Shown here: piece by piece, positions 37,769-49,745 of the stretch
How the letters are laid out: the number at the start of each line of letters is the position of its first letter
Position numbering within the stretch: position 1 is the stretch's first letter
Assembly: GCF_006345805.1 (NCBI RefSeq)
Contig: NC_043004.1
Location: 20,894,001-20,958,000 of the forward strand
DNA length: 64,000 nucleotides
Source: Octopus sinensis
Lineage: Eukaryota
Direction of reading: 5' to 3'
Position numbers and translations under genes: made by a program
Notes under the pieces: generated by a model
What the model was told of the DNA's origin: nothing
The model's database searches: none
The model's input: only the letters and a program-made list of their open reading frames with translations

Positions 37769-38520
37769 CTAACTGAATTACCCAGTATTGCCCAGGTTAC
37801 TGCTGTTCTTATTCAGATTAGTAAACAATAAATATGAAGGTATATTATTTTCCCATAATTATTTCAAAATATCTATATTTTATTTTAAAATATCCAAATT
37901 GTAATGATAATAGAATTTAGAACTGAAAATTTGTCAATCTTGTAGCACCTCAGTTTAAACAATATTCATTGTGTAATTTTTTGTTGGTGTCCAAATGAAT
38001 AACTTGTTGCTGCTTCGAACTCATGAGCAACCAATATAGAGTTGACCATGGGAGAAGCATGTAGTAGAGAGATGAAGTCCAACTACGTTGAAATGCCAAA
38101 ACTTAGTTTGACTGGAAACTGAAGCCTCTTAAATTCAAATGGAACATCTGTAGGTATGAGAGGAAATTTTGAAATAAAGACATTTTCTTCTTCGTGACTA
38201 CCTGTTATGATTGTTGCCCGTAGGACATGGGGCTTCATGGAAGTAAGAATTAAGTGTGATCTATTACACAGGCACAGTGGGTCAAAATTTCTAAACAACA
38301 TAATGGGAGCATCCGGCTTCAGTATCAAGTTATGTGGTGGCATCCCAGTGGATTTACGAGCGTTCAGAAATTCAATAGGGTATTGAACAGCCTGATCTCG
38401 ATCGACTGTTGAGTGAATTGATGGAAAGTTATTTCTGATGTATCTGTTAACTTTTGAAGAAGTTCATGATTGAGTTTATCGACAATTTCTTTAGTTGGAG
38501 CCAGTATAGCCCTTTCACAT
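37769..38520 (-). mobile_element. Autonomous-type Helitron 3' remnant (PIF1 helicase C-terminus)
   Basis: ERAILAPTKEIVDKLN; MPPHNLILKPDAPIMLFRN...PFEFKRLQFPVKLSF; VVGLHLSTTCFSHGQLYIGCS; terminal hairpin acctgggcaatactgggt then TTAG. Confidence 0.9.
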
Positions 38521-38924
38521 ACCTTGACACATACATACACTCTCATATACACTCACATATATGTACTAAGACAGACACACACAGACATACATTTATATAA
38601 CGAATGCGCAAACACACACTCACGGACGCATACACATTTATATAAAAAATGTGTTGTCATCATGGTATAAAATATCCTTTACTATGTCATACATAAGGAA
38701 GGCACACACACACATACACAATCATAAACAAAATGTGGTGCCATCGTCGTTGTGGTATATAATGTCCTTTACTATAGTTGACTTTAGAAAAATTATTTTA
38801 GATAAAATGTTATCTTGTTTTAATTGAAATGAAAATAAAAATTACTAATACTTTTACCCTATAAAATTTGATTTGGTGGAGCTGTTTGAGAATGCATAGG
38901 GAACAGAGAGACAGACAGACAAAG

Positions 38925-38987
<63 letters not shown>

Positions 38988-39741
38988 AATGATAGTAATG
39001 ATACTGCTAATGTTAGTACTACATTCACTACTATTGCTTTTATTATTATAGCTGTTGTTTTCTCAAATTACTACTACTTCATTCATTAACATTTATTACA
39101 AATGACAATTCTCTCCACATTCAAGACAAGACTCATATTTATTTCAACAGGTGTTAACTAATATACTTCTATTTATCACAAGAAATAAAATGGCCACTTG
39201 GTTACTTCAGTTAGGCCTTAGATATTCTAATGAAACAATCTCCAATTATTCTTCAACTTATGCACAATATAAGAACAACAACAACAATAATAATAACAAT
39301 AATAGTAATAATAATAGTTATAATAATAATTGTAAATTTAAATCAAGTTCCTTCAAAAATTTTCCTTTATTATGTAACAGAATAAAGCAATGCATTTATT
39401 TTCAATTATGTATAAATTAACTTCCTTGCAGACTTATTCACAATTCTCATTAAGAACTATCATTTTCTTTTTTGTTTCTTCCTTTGTAAAAATGTAACAT
39501 TATTAGAACATTTCTTATTTCTGCTATATAGCCTCTAGCAGCACATATGCGGCTTTGTGTGTGCGTATTCATATGTAACTATGTATATACATGTGTGCAT
39601 GTATGTGGATGTGTTCCAGTATGTGTATATGTGTGTTTGTATGTATGAATATATGCATATACTTAGATAAATACACACATACAAACACACACACCTGCAA
39701 TCCTATATATCTTACTCAATGTGGATATGGGGTGTTGAAAG

Positions 39742-40021
39742 CCAGAAAACTGCAATATTTGTCTCAAGAAGATATCTTTTATAGTGCTAAAATGCACAGA
39801 ATATTTGTCTCAAGAAAATATCTTGTATAGATGTATAGTGCTAAAAAGCACAGAATGACATCAGTAACAGAGGGAAAGCAGTGGAGTTACTGAATTCAGA
39901 TTTCTGCTTCATCATTAGCAAGTCCCCACTAGCAATTATATGCTGGGAGACAAATTTGTACTTTTTAGCACTATATGTCTATACAAGATGCTTACTCAAA
40001 ATGAATACCACAGTTTCCTGG
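39742..40021. mobile_element. Putative MITE/foldback with an internal tandem duplication
   Basis: ccagaaaactg...cagtttcctgg ends. atcttgtatagatgtatagtgctaaaaag (39819) is inverted at 39957-39990, and a ~50-bp unit is tandemly repeated in the left arm. Confidence 0.45.
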
Positions 40022-40039
40022 TTTTAAACAGTAAATTCA

Positions 40040-40417
40040 CAGGTGCAGGAGTTGCTATGTGGTAAGTAGCTTGCTTACCAGCCACATGGTTCCAGGTTCA
40101 GTCCCACTGCATGGCACCTTGGGCAAGTGTCTTCTACTATAGCCTCGGGCTGACCAAAGCCTTGTGTGTGGATTTGGTAGACAGAAACTGAAAGAAGCCC
40201 ATCTTATATATGTATATATGTGACCGTGTGTGTACTGTTGGCGATTTTATTTTCCTCTGTCTTCCCTTCTCTGGATCTTTCCTTCTCCAATGTTTCTGAT
40301 GAAGAGCTCCACTCGAAACGTTAAACCCTCCTTCTTTCCTGAGCGTCCAATAATACTATATTTGTTCCATGTCCTCGCGTTGTTGTATTTTTTTTGTGCT
40401 TTCATGTTTGGATTAAC

Positions 40418-40450
<33 letters not shown>

Positions 40451-40697
40451 GTATGTATGTATATATGTGTGTGTATATATTTGTGTGCCTGTGTTTGTCC
40501 CCCCAACATCGCTTGACAACCGATGCTGGTGTGTTTACGTCCCTGTAACTTAGTAGTTCGGCAAAAGAGGCCGATAGAATAAGTACTAGGCTTACAAAGA
40601 ATAAGTCCTGGGGGCGATTTGCTCGACTAAAGGCAGTGCTCCTGCATGGCCACAGTTAAATGATTGAAACAAGTAAAAGAGTAAGAGTAAAAGAGTA
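40040..40697 (+). mobile_element. SINE family 1 with a ~200-bp Penelope-like terminal-repeat insert (40228-40430)
   Basis: Family-1 head and tail flank an unrelated pyrimidine-rich insert in the central microsatellite. Confidence 0.8.
40292..40326 (+). ncRNA. Minimal type-I hammerhead ribozyme-like motif (family E)
   Basis: GUUU-CUGAUGA-A-GAG(CUCCA)CUC-GAAAC-GU-U-AAAC: same architecture as family A (extra A, palindromic AACGUU). Confidence 0.6.
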
Positions 40698-40924
40698 ATA
40701 TATGTTGTTATATTTAGGAATAGTTATATAAACAGAAAAGGAGGAGACATATGGGATGGAGAGTCATGGAAGAGGTCACAGGACGTGTGATGTGAGATTT
40801 CAGAGAGAGGACACTAAAATAAGACCAATGATAAAGGTTTAAGTGAAGAACAAGTATATAGTGCATGTGGTTAATTGGCAAAAATATGACCCCAAATACA
40901 TAAATGTATGTATGTATGTATGTA

Positions 40925-40956
<32 letters not shown>

Positions 40957-41467
40957 CGAAAGAAGGTTTGAAAATGCAATTTTAAAAGATGTTTATTTGC
41001 TTTACCGGTTTCACTCTTTGGAAAAAGATTGTCAAAAGTAACATGTAGAAGTTTGGTTGCATTAATTATTGGTTGTTACAAATTGCTACATTACATATAT
41101 AACTTGTTAAGCTTTTTTATGTCCTTAAAATGTCCTTGTTACCAAAGACTGTATATATGTAATGTAGCAATTTGCATTTTCAAACCTTCTTTCGTATATA
41201 ATTCCACTCGTGCAGTACCCTACAACTCCACTTTGTTATATATATATATTGTCCTTAAGCTAGCCATGTTATTTCATATTACTCTTCTGTTCTAAACTGA
41301 AAGTGAGTGCCAGCTTAGTGTTGGTGTAGCCTTCCCTCTAAGATGTTCCACTGGATTTAGAGTGAGCAGGCTGCAAAAGAGTTTCTATATATAGGCTCAT
41401 GCCTACAGAGGCACCTAAAACAATAAGCCAAAAAAAAAAAAAATGAAGTAGAAGTTGAAATATTTAC

Positions 41468-41517
41468 CATTTTTCCTCTTCATTTTGCTGTCTTTGACTA
41501 TTCTAGTTTCTGCACAC
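41468..41517 (-). CDS. Candidate short exon (50 nt)
   Basis: Acceptor cacttttatatttAG, donor aatg|GTAAAT, frame CAETRIVKDSKMKRKN. Short, so a chance match is possible. Confidence 0.2.
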
Positions 41518-44472
41518 CTAAATATAAAAGTGAAGTGTCTTGAACTGTGATTCTCTCTGATTGACTTTATAAAACACTGGAGATCAAGCAAAATATTAAT
41601 GGTACACCTCACTTGAAATTTTCAAAATTATTGGTATACTTTTTATGGAATGTTAAAAATTGTTGGTGCAGTTCTTTTGCTCAGCACTCATTTGTTGAAC
41701 AATTAACAACATATGATGAGAACAAGGGGGAAAACAACACTTCAAAATAATTTTCTCTTCATAAGAATTGTCTAACTTTGTAAAATGTTTAATTTAGCTT
41801 AAATAATTTGCCTCATGTTATTCGGTGCTGAAGGATGAAAGAGATGAAATAACACTATATATAGCTATCAATATCTAGAAATTTTATGTTCTTTGAAATG
41901 TATAGGAAGAAGAATTAAATGTATATATTCTGTACACCGTCATTTTTACTCTTTGATTTGAATTTCAAATGTCTAAGCCTGCCTTAAAATAACTTAATCA
42001 AGAAGTTACGACAGTTACCCACTGAGTATGCACCAAGAATTTTGAAGTTAAAAATTTAGAAACAAATCCAGTAAACAATGGTATAACTTTTCTTATTAAT
42101 TATACATATATAAACAAAATGGTCAAAAGCATATTTGTCATGACACACCTGCATTATTGCTTGAATTTTCTAAAGAATTATAATTTCTAAAACTCACTCC
42201 ACAGTTCAGCTAGATTCACATTACAGCATACCATTTGAAAATCACTGTTCTAGATGAGCAGGCAGAATTTAACAAAAGTATGGCAAATTGAGAAACATGA
42301 TAGAAAATTTAGATATGGAAAGAGAAATGAAAAAGAAAAACATTTACTTAGCATGGTAGAGGCTAAAAAACTTTCTCAATGGCATACACGAATTTGTAAC
42401 TTTGTGTTTTGTCCAGGTTTGATTGAATTTCTCCACTTCATTGTCCTTGATATTTCATGTGGGAAGATAAGCTTGAATGGTCTAGAGTCTGGCTTTTCCG
42501 GAGAGGAGAATGTCAAGCACTTTGATATGCAATAAATATAAATTCCTGGATTTAATTTTCAAAATTCATTCTTTACTTACAATGAAAACCAAGCCACCTG
42601 TTGCTCTTGCACCTTCTGCATTTCCTACTCTCATGATACAACTGTTCATTCAGCTTGCATTTATTTCTTCCATTCAACATATTTCACAGAATCTTAACAT
42701 ATCGCATTTGATCTTAAAATTCCACTACATTACATGGGTTACGTGGGTTTTCCTTGTAGATATGTACCCATAGCTCAATAGAGAGTCAAAGAAGTAGATA
42801 AGTGATTCTTTGGTGACTTGTGGGTACTGAGATTCTTACTAACCACTGATCACTCACACTTTGCTTTGCCACTGTAGAGTGATTTGACTAATCTGCAGGG
42901 GACAGAAATGCATCTTTTTGCTTTGATTTAGCCTTTTTATGATGCCACTGGGTGGGCAGGCTGACACTTCCTCTCCAATGAGGCTAGCTTTCAACTTCTA
43001 GCAGATTGACTGTGCCTATCTCCCCGAGATGGTTTTTCCATAAGGTTGTTTTCCCAGTATCTTTGTGGCTTGGCTAGACCTCTTAGGGTATGCACACTGC
43101 TACCATAGCTAATAGACAGCCAATGCTACTGTTGCACTGTTATGTAAGATTTCACAACAAACTGTAGGCATAAATTCCTGTTTGATAGGAATACATATCT
43201 ACATTCTATTTAGCCCTAGATGAATGCTGGGCAAGCAGGCCTATAATTAAATTTTTTTTTAACTATAAAAATGATGTTGGTTAAGTGAATTTATTGCAGA
43301 GCTTGTTTATCTAACATTTCCTTCTTTTTGTTTTTTTTGTGGACGATTTTGGCTGCTATTTCTACCAGTTCACAGGCCATGTAATGTTTCTGCATTGCTT
43401 CATATAGACATAATAAAGTATTTTTTGATAATACACAGAACATAGGCGTGAACCAAGGACTCTCCCATTCTGCGCTGTGCTTGTGCAATGCAAGAAACAT
43501 CTAGAAACGCTGTAGATTTTTAAAAATATAATTTAAGGCTTTAGAAAATTCATACTAATGGTTGAGTGTCTTGAAATATGTGTCATTCATAATTTCGTTA
43601 AACAGAAGTGTGATTAAAGAAACAAAGTAAGCAATAGTTTTCTATATTGTTTAAATTTTTCATTTTTAAACAGTATTTTTAACTTTCCAAGCAAAGTGCA
43701 CAAATTTTTTGTTTAATCTCCAGTGTTTCACTAAGAAAATAAGATATAGAACTGTTGCCGTCAGAAAATCTCAGCTCAATAACAAACACAAATGTTTTTT
43801 TATCATTTTAGCTGAGAATATTTCTTCTTAATTTTCTTCTCCAATTCAAACAACATTATAGATTATGGAGCTTATCCAAAACTTAGAGTGAGAAATAAGA
43901 AAAACATTTTGAAGATAAGGAAATCAGGTTTTATTATAGTTTTGTTGCACAGATCAGACATAGTTTTAACTGAATTACAACTTAAGGTCATGAATCAACA
44001 AATTGTTTTATCAAATATATATTTGATACAATTTGCTTCATTTTCTTTTGCTCACACTATCGCTTATTTTGTTGAGCTGGAAAAGGGTAGAAAAACTGTA
44101 TGACTTATGTCTCTAAAGCATGTTATTCTACTTCAGTTTCATGGAAAGAAAACAATCGAAAATAAGATAATTTTTCAATCCATATATATCAATATTTAAA
44201 TAAGGATTTAAAACTGGTATGGAACATAATCAAATTTAAAAGAAATATTTTACATTAAAAAACGATTCCTGTTAAAAATGTTGCTGATGTCATAAGAATT
44301 ATTATTCCAAACAATAATTATTTCATGGTTCTCTCAAAAGTTCATAAAATTCTTATGATGTCATCAGCAACATAGAATTCCTGTTGGTAAGAATAAAACT
44401 TCCAAAATAGATAGAGAAATTTGAAAGATTGCATTGGTACAATGGTAAAACACCTTTTATGTTTACTGGTGA

Positions 44473-44800
44473 AGGTGCATGGCTTACTGGTTAAGATATT
44501 CAGCTCACGATCATAAGGTCATGTGTTCAATTCCCAGTCAGGCATAGTGGCCAAGAGCAAGACTCCTTATTTCATATTGCTCCAGTCCACTCAGCTGGCA
44601 AAGTGGGTAGTACCTGTATTTCAAAGGACTGGCTTTGTCACACTCTGTCATTCTGAATCTCCCTGAGAATTATGTTAAAGGTATACAGGTCTGTGGAGTG
44701 CTCAGCCACATGCATGTTAATTTCATGAGCAGGCTGTTCCATTGACTGTATCAACTAGAACCCTCATTTTTGTAACCAATGGAGTGTCTACTGGAGATGT
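44473..44800 (+). mobile_element. tRNA-derived SINE family 4
   Basis: ggtgcatggcttactggttaag...gttcaattcccag (A/B-box-like); homolog at 51492-51720. Confidence 0.7.
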
Positions 44801-45012
44801 GTGTTTAAGTCCCACAAGCAGCTTTCAACTTTTTCTATCCAAAAGGGGTTTTCATCCTAATATTTATATGCTGTCCTTTATAGCTCTATGTAAAGTAGTT
44901 TTTAAAAACGTCCTCTCTACCATACATTATCTCTTTTTAAATGCCAGCCTCTTCACTAATTCTACTAGGTATATTCTGTAAGTTGAAGTATGACCAAATT
45001 AAATTTATGTAG

Positions 45013-45380
45013 CAGGCAGGCAGCTGTGTGGTAAGTAGCTTGCTTACCAACTGCATGGTTCCGGGTTCAGTCCCACTGTGTGGCACCTTGGGCAAGTGTC
45101 TTCAACTATAGCCTCGGGCTGACCAATGCCTTGTAAGTGGATTTGTTTGAAAGAAGACCATCGTATATATATGTGTGTGTGTGTTTGTCCCCTCACTATC
45201 TCTTGACAACCGATGTTCGTGTATTCACGTCCCTGTAACTTAGTGGTTTGGCAAAAAGAGACCGATAGAATAAGTACTAGGCTTACAAAGAATAAGTGCT
45301 GGGGTCGATTTGATCGACTAAAGGCGTTGCTTCAGCATGGCTGCAGTCAAATGACTGAAACAAATTAAAGAATAAAAGAA
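45013..45380 (+). mobile_element. SINE family 1
   Basis: Homology to 32427-32830. Confidence 0.88.
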
Positions 45381-45899
45381 TAATGTTTTTATCTCAAAAT
45401 GAAATCAGAACTGCATCTCCAGTTTTGCTTCATGGGAATCAGCAGAACTCAATAGTCATACCAACACATGCACACTACCCCGACCTCCGACCAGAAAAAA
45501 CTATTCTCCCTAAATGACCCTTTCCCTATGTCTGTTGCCCTCAACATCCCAGTTCTTGATGTGACATCATTTTCCCTTGCTTCTGGTCCTGATGTCATTT
45601 TTCCTTCCTCACTTCCAACATTTCATGGGTGCCCGCTATATGGTTGGTACCTGCAACAACCATGACTACGATTCACAAGTGCCATCTGCATGGCTCCATC
45701 AACAACCATGATTACAATTCACAGGTGCCATTTACAAGGCACCAGTGACAGCCCAACTCTGATTTCACAGGCACCATTTACATGGCACCAGCAGTGGCCA
45801 TAACTACGATTTCATGGGTACCATTTGCATGATACCGACATGGCCACAACTACAACCTCATGGCCACTGTCCTTTCATTCCTCCACATGCTCCTGCTGA

Positions 45900-46590
45900 T
45901 CTAAAGACCACTGCTTCTCTATTTTGCTAAGTCATCCATCTGCCTGTGTGAATGACACTCCCCTTGTGATCTTTGAAAAATTACCTGGGCTAGCCTCTCA
46001 CTCTACTTTGTTCATCATCAGAGGGGCTAACAACTCTACAAACATCCATGATGTGATTCAGCATTTCATCTACCAATATATTATTTTGAGTGCTGGTCAT
46101 AGTAACCCTTTGTTTCTCCCACTACGTCATGCACCATGAATTATGGGGCATCGCCCACATTTCATCTGATTGTGCGATGGTGCCGTTTTATAATGCCATT
46201 TCCACTGGGGCCTGTTTGCAGCTTCAATATAATATCTGATGATCTGAAAAGATGCAAAATCTTCCACTTTTGACTCCTGTGGTGCACACTGAAATATGGC
46301 TCTTTGTGGGATTGACTCTTCAGTTTCTCCTATCCTGGTCAACATATTGTGCCAAAAGACTGCTTCTTTGGGAGCAATTTGCTCCCTTTAAGCCATGGCT
46401 TTGATTGTGCAATGGTGTCATTCTACAATTCCATTTCCACTGGGTCTGTTTGCAGCTCCAAAGTAATGTCTGATGTTCCATCTATTTCACCTGCTCTGAA
46501 TGAAAAGCTGTGCTGTTGTCCATCAACAGCTCATTTTCTGGCCCTCTTTCCAAGGATACTACATTCAGTACCTTTGAAATTTTAGCTGCA
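45900..46590 (-). mobile_element. Ty3/Gypsy integrase fragments (two tandem partial copies)
   Basis: ELLMDNSTAFHSEQV and FGAANRPSGNGIVE*HHCTIKAMA (D,D35E core); the segment is repeated at 46167-46244 and 46402-46479. Confidence 0.7.
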
Positions 46591-46989
46591 GTTTCTGTCC
46601 TAATTTATCTCCATATCACTATTCACCCTGGCCCAACCACTGAAAGGAATAATCTTCTCTGATATTTTCCTACCTTTTCAGTTATGAATGTTAAAATTTG
46701 TAAACAGAAAAAATGCTACCTTCTTCTCATTAGAAATCCATTCAAAATATCTGCTGAAAGAAGTCTATAATTTATTCTGGTATGATGCACATTTCATAAT
46801 GTTTGTGTTTAAACAAAGTGGATATATGATTTGCAAGAAATGATTAGGACTGAACTCTTTTTTTATGTTTGTCACAAAATCCCTCTCTTTTAGATTTGGT
46901 GGTTTAAGCTATGCTAAAGAAATATATCTCCCACATTAGTTGGTCTGTCTCATAACATTTTAGTATTTCTCAATAGAAGCGTGTTAGAT

Positions 46990-47420
46990 GAGATAGATAT
47001 TTATATATGCCATGATATTTGAAATGCAATCAGAGAAGTGAAAGTGAATAAACAAATCCCTATGGCAATGAATGCAAAGCATACGAAGGTAGATGTTCAG
47101 TACTGAAATATTCAAGAAACTTGCTCTCTAGATTACTTTTTCATTGAACAGATTGGAAAATAAGTTTGTCGCATTTGTTGAGAAAATATTGCTGAGTAAA
47201 AGTTTTCATCTAGTTTTGCTGATTTTCACTTCCAGATAAATGACTTCAAGCCATTTGTTATTCCATTTGATGTAGAAGTAGACACTGCAAGAGAAATTAT
47301 TGAATGGTATTGATTGAGATGCAGAATGATGACATTTTGAGACTGAAATTTCATTCTTAAGATTTGTCAGTGTTTGACTTGTACAGAAAACATATTAATC
47401 CAAGTCAGGGGTATTCTGAC
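46990..47420 (+). mobile_element. hAT (SPIN/GTF2IRD2-like) transposase fragment
   Basis: SSFADFHFQINDFKPFVIPFDVEVDTA...LIEMQNDDILRLKF...DLYRK resembles the C-terminal third of these transposases. Confidence 0.55.
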
Positions 47421-48744
47421 TTAGTTATCTGTGCAAAAACAAAGGAGTGGGAGTAGGTGTGTGAATTGTTGGGCAGTATCTGTGTGAGTAATTATTTTTA
47501 AAAATGAAACTCACCAAGAACCATTTCAGAATAAAATTGGCTGATGCCAATTTTCATTATCACTTCCTATGGGCATCAACAAGTTTGACATTCAATATTG
47601 TGATTCCAAACAACAAACAGTACACGGTTCCATTTTGCTTCATTGACTGATTCCATTAATGTTAAATAATTTTCTTTTTTACTATCCTTCATTGACTACC
47701 ACTCAAAGCGTCATACTTTTTATGTTTTAAAGATACTTTGAGTCTTTTTAATAGATTGCCGGATACCCTTTGAAATAAATAGTCACAAATTTATTTCTTT
47801 GATTACTAATTTCTAGCATTTACTGATTTAATTCAAAATATAATTAGAAGGACTGAAATAGCTAATTCGTATTGTGGAAATATTTTGAGACATTTATCTA
47901 GCTTTTTGCCCATTCTTTAAGACACCATCTGGCCCACAGATGAAAAAACACGGTTGTCAACATCCAATAAACAGGATAACTGAAGATAGACTGTGCAGCT
48001 TAAGGCAAAGTCTCTTGCCCATTTGCATATGAAAAGTCAATTTTCTATTTTTAATTAATTTTGAATAATTTAAATTCTAAGAGTTTTCTTCCCTTCTTCT
48101 CCTATCCAGAATTATTCATTAAGTCAATTAGGTTTTCTTAATCAGTAATGCTATAATTTTAATCAATCAATTCTAATTAATTCTTGCCTAACTTTATCAA
48201 TTATGTTGCCACCCATTTTACCATTACTGTTTTTTAGGTTATTGTTTAGCATTCAATAAATATCATTTCTGTCACAGGTATGATTAAGCATGAATAAAAC
48301 AGAACAACAACAATAACAGCAATGCTCTATGGAAATCACCATCAGAACTCCTAGAAATCTGAAGCAGATTAACTGGTAAATGGAATGTAATATATTCCAA
48401 GTGCCAGGTTGTGTGCATTTAATATCGAAACAATGGATGAAGATACATTCTCATCCAATATTGTTGGATTCATGGGAAATTTGGATGTTATCTCTGATGG
48501 ATTGGCTCGTGGGTATACATGCCATGAAAATGTTACTCAAACTATGATAAAATAATTGCAAATTTATATGCATTAAACCATTGATATTCATTTATATAAA
48601 AGCATTCTAATATTAAAAGAAATTCTTCGTCCATCAATGTGCTGTTTATCACTCAATCTTTTCTTCTTTACTAACACACACACACACACTCACACTCACC
48701 CACACACCCACACACACTTACACACACAAGTGTGCGTATGTTTT

Positions 48745-49004
48745 GGGGTTCAGGCTAAATTTGACGACATGAAAGGAGACACAATATCCCATCCCCTCAA
48801 AAGGTATTTTAATAATCTAAAATATCAACTAGATTATGGCTGGAAGATAACATTTGCTCAAAGTAGCTACCCTCAGTTTCCAGCACAGCCTCATGCCGGC
48901 CCTAGAACTTGGTGCATACATTTCTCATTGTTCCTTGAGAAGATATTTGAACACTTCCTTGATCTTGACCACTAGCTCAATTTTGGCAATGCAGCAACTG
49001 TGCC

Positions 49005-49076
<72 letters not shown>

Positions 49077-49330
49077 ATCCATGAGATTGCAATTGATGGG
49101 AATTAGGAGGCCAGAAATTGAGGTTGATGAAATCATAGAAATTCTCCAACAACCAGTTCTGTCTCTTTCTAGAGGTATGACAAGGAGTTAGTTGAATCCT
49201 ATTGTCACACATATGGCCTTCTTGCATCAATTCTCTCCTGCCAGGGATTGGCCATAGTGTCCAGCAGCTTCATATAGATGTATGAACTGGGCGTAAGGTC
49301 TTGCTCCTCACTTGATAAGCAGATTGTTTT
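48745..49330 (-). mobile_element. Tc1/mariner (maT/DD37D-like) transposase 3' fragment split by (AT)n
   Basis: LDTMANPWQERIDARRPYV*Q*DS(T)PCHTSRKRQNWLLENFYDFINLNFWPPNS...KIKEVF; (AT)n at 49008-49071. Confidence 0.75.
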
Positions 49331-49386
49331 ATTAACAATAAAATAATGAATGACAAAGTTGACCTCAGTAGTAGTTGAACTCACAA

Positions 49387-49745
49387 TAGGCACAGGGGTG
49401 GCTGTGTGGTAAGTAGCTTGCTTACCAACCACATGGTTCCGGGTTCAGTCCCACTGCGTGGCACCTTGGGCAAGAGTCTTCTACTATAGCCTCGGGCTGA
49501 TCAAAGCCTTGTGAGTGGATTTGGTAGACGGAAACTGAAAGAAGCCCGTCGTACATATGTATATATGTATGTGTGTCTGTTTGTCCCCACCAAAATCACT
49601 TGACAACCGATGCTGGTGTATTTACATCCCCATAACTTAGCGGTTTGGTAAAAGAGACCGATAGGCTTACAAAGAATAAGTCCTGGGGTGCTCCAGCATG
49701 GCCACAGTCAAATGACTGAAACAAATAAAAGAGTAAAAGAGTAAA
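49387..49745 (+). mobile_element. SINE family 1 (small internal deletions)
   Basis: Homology to 32427-32830. Confidence 0.88.
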
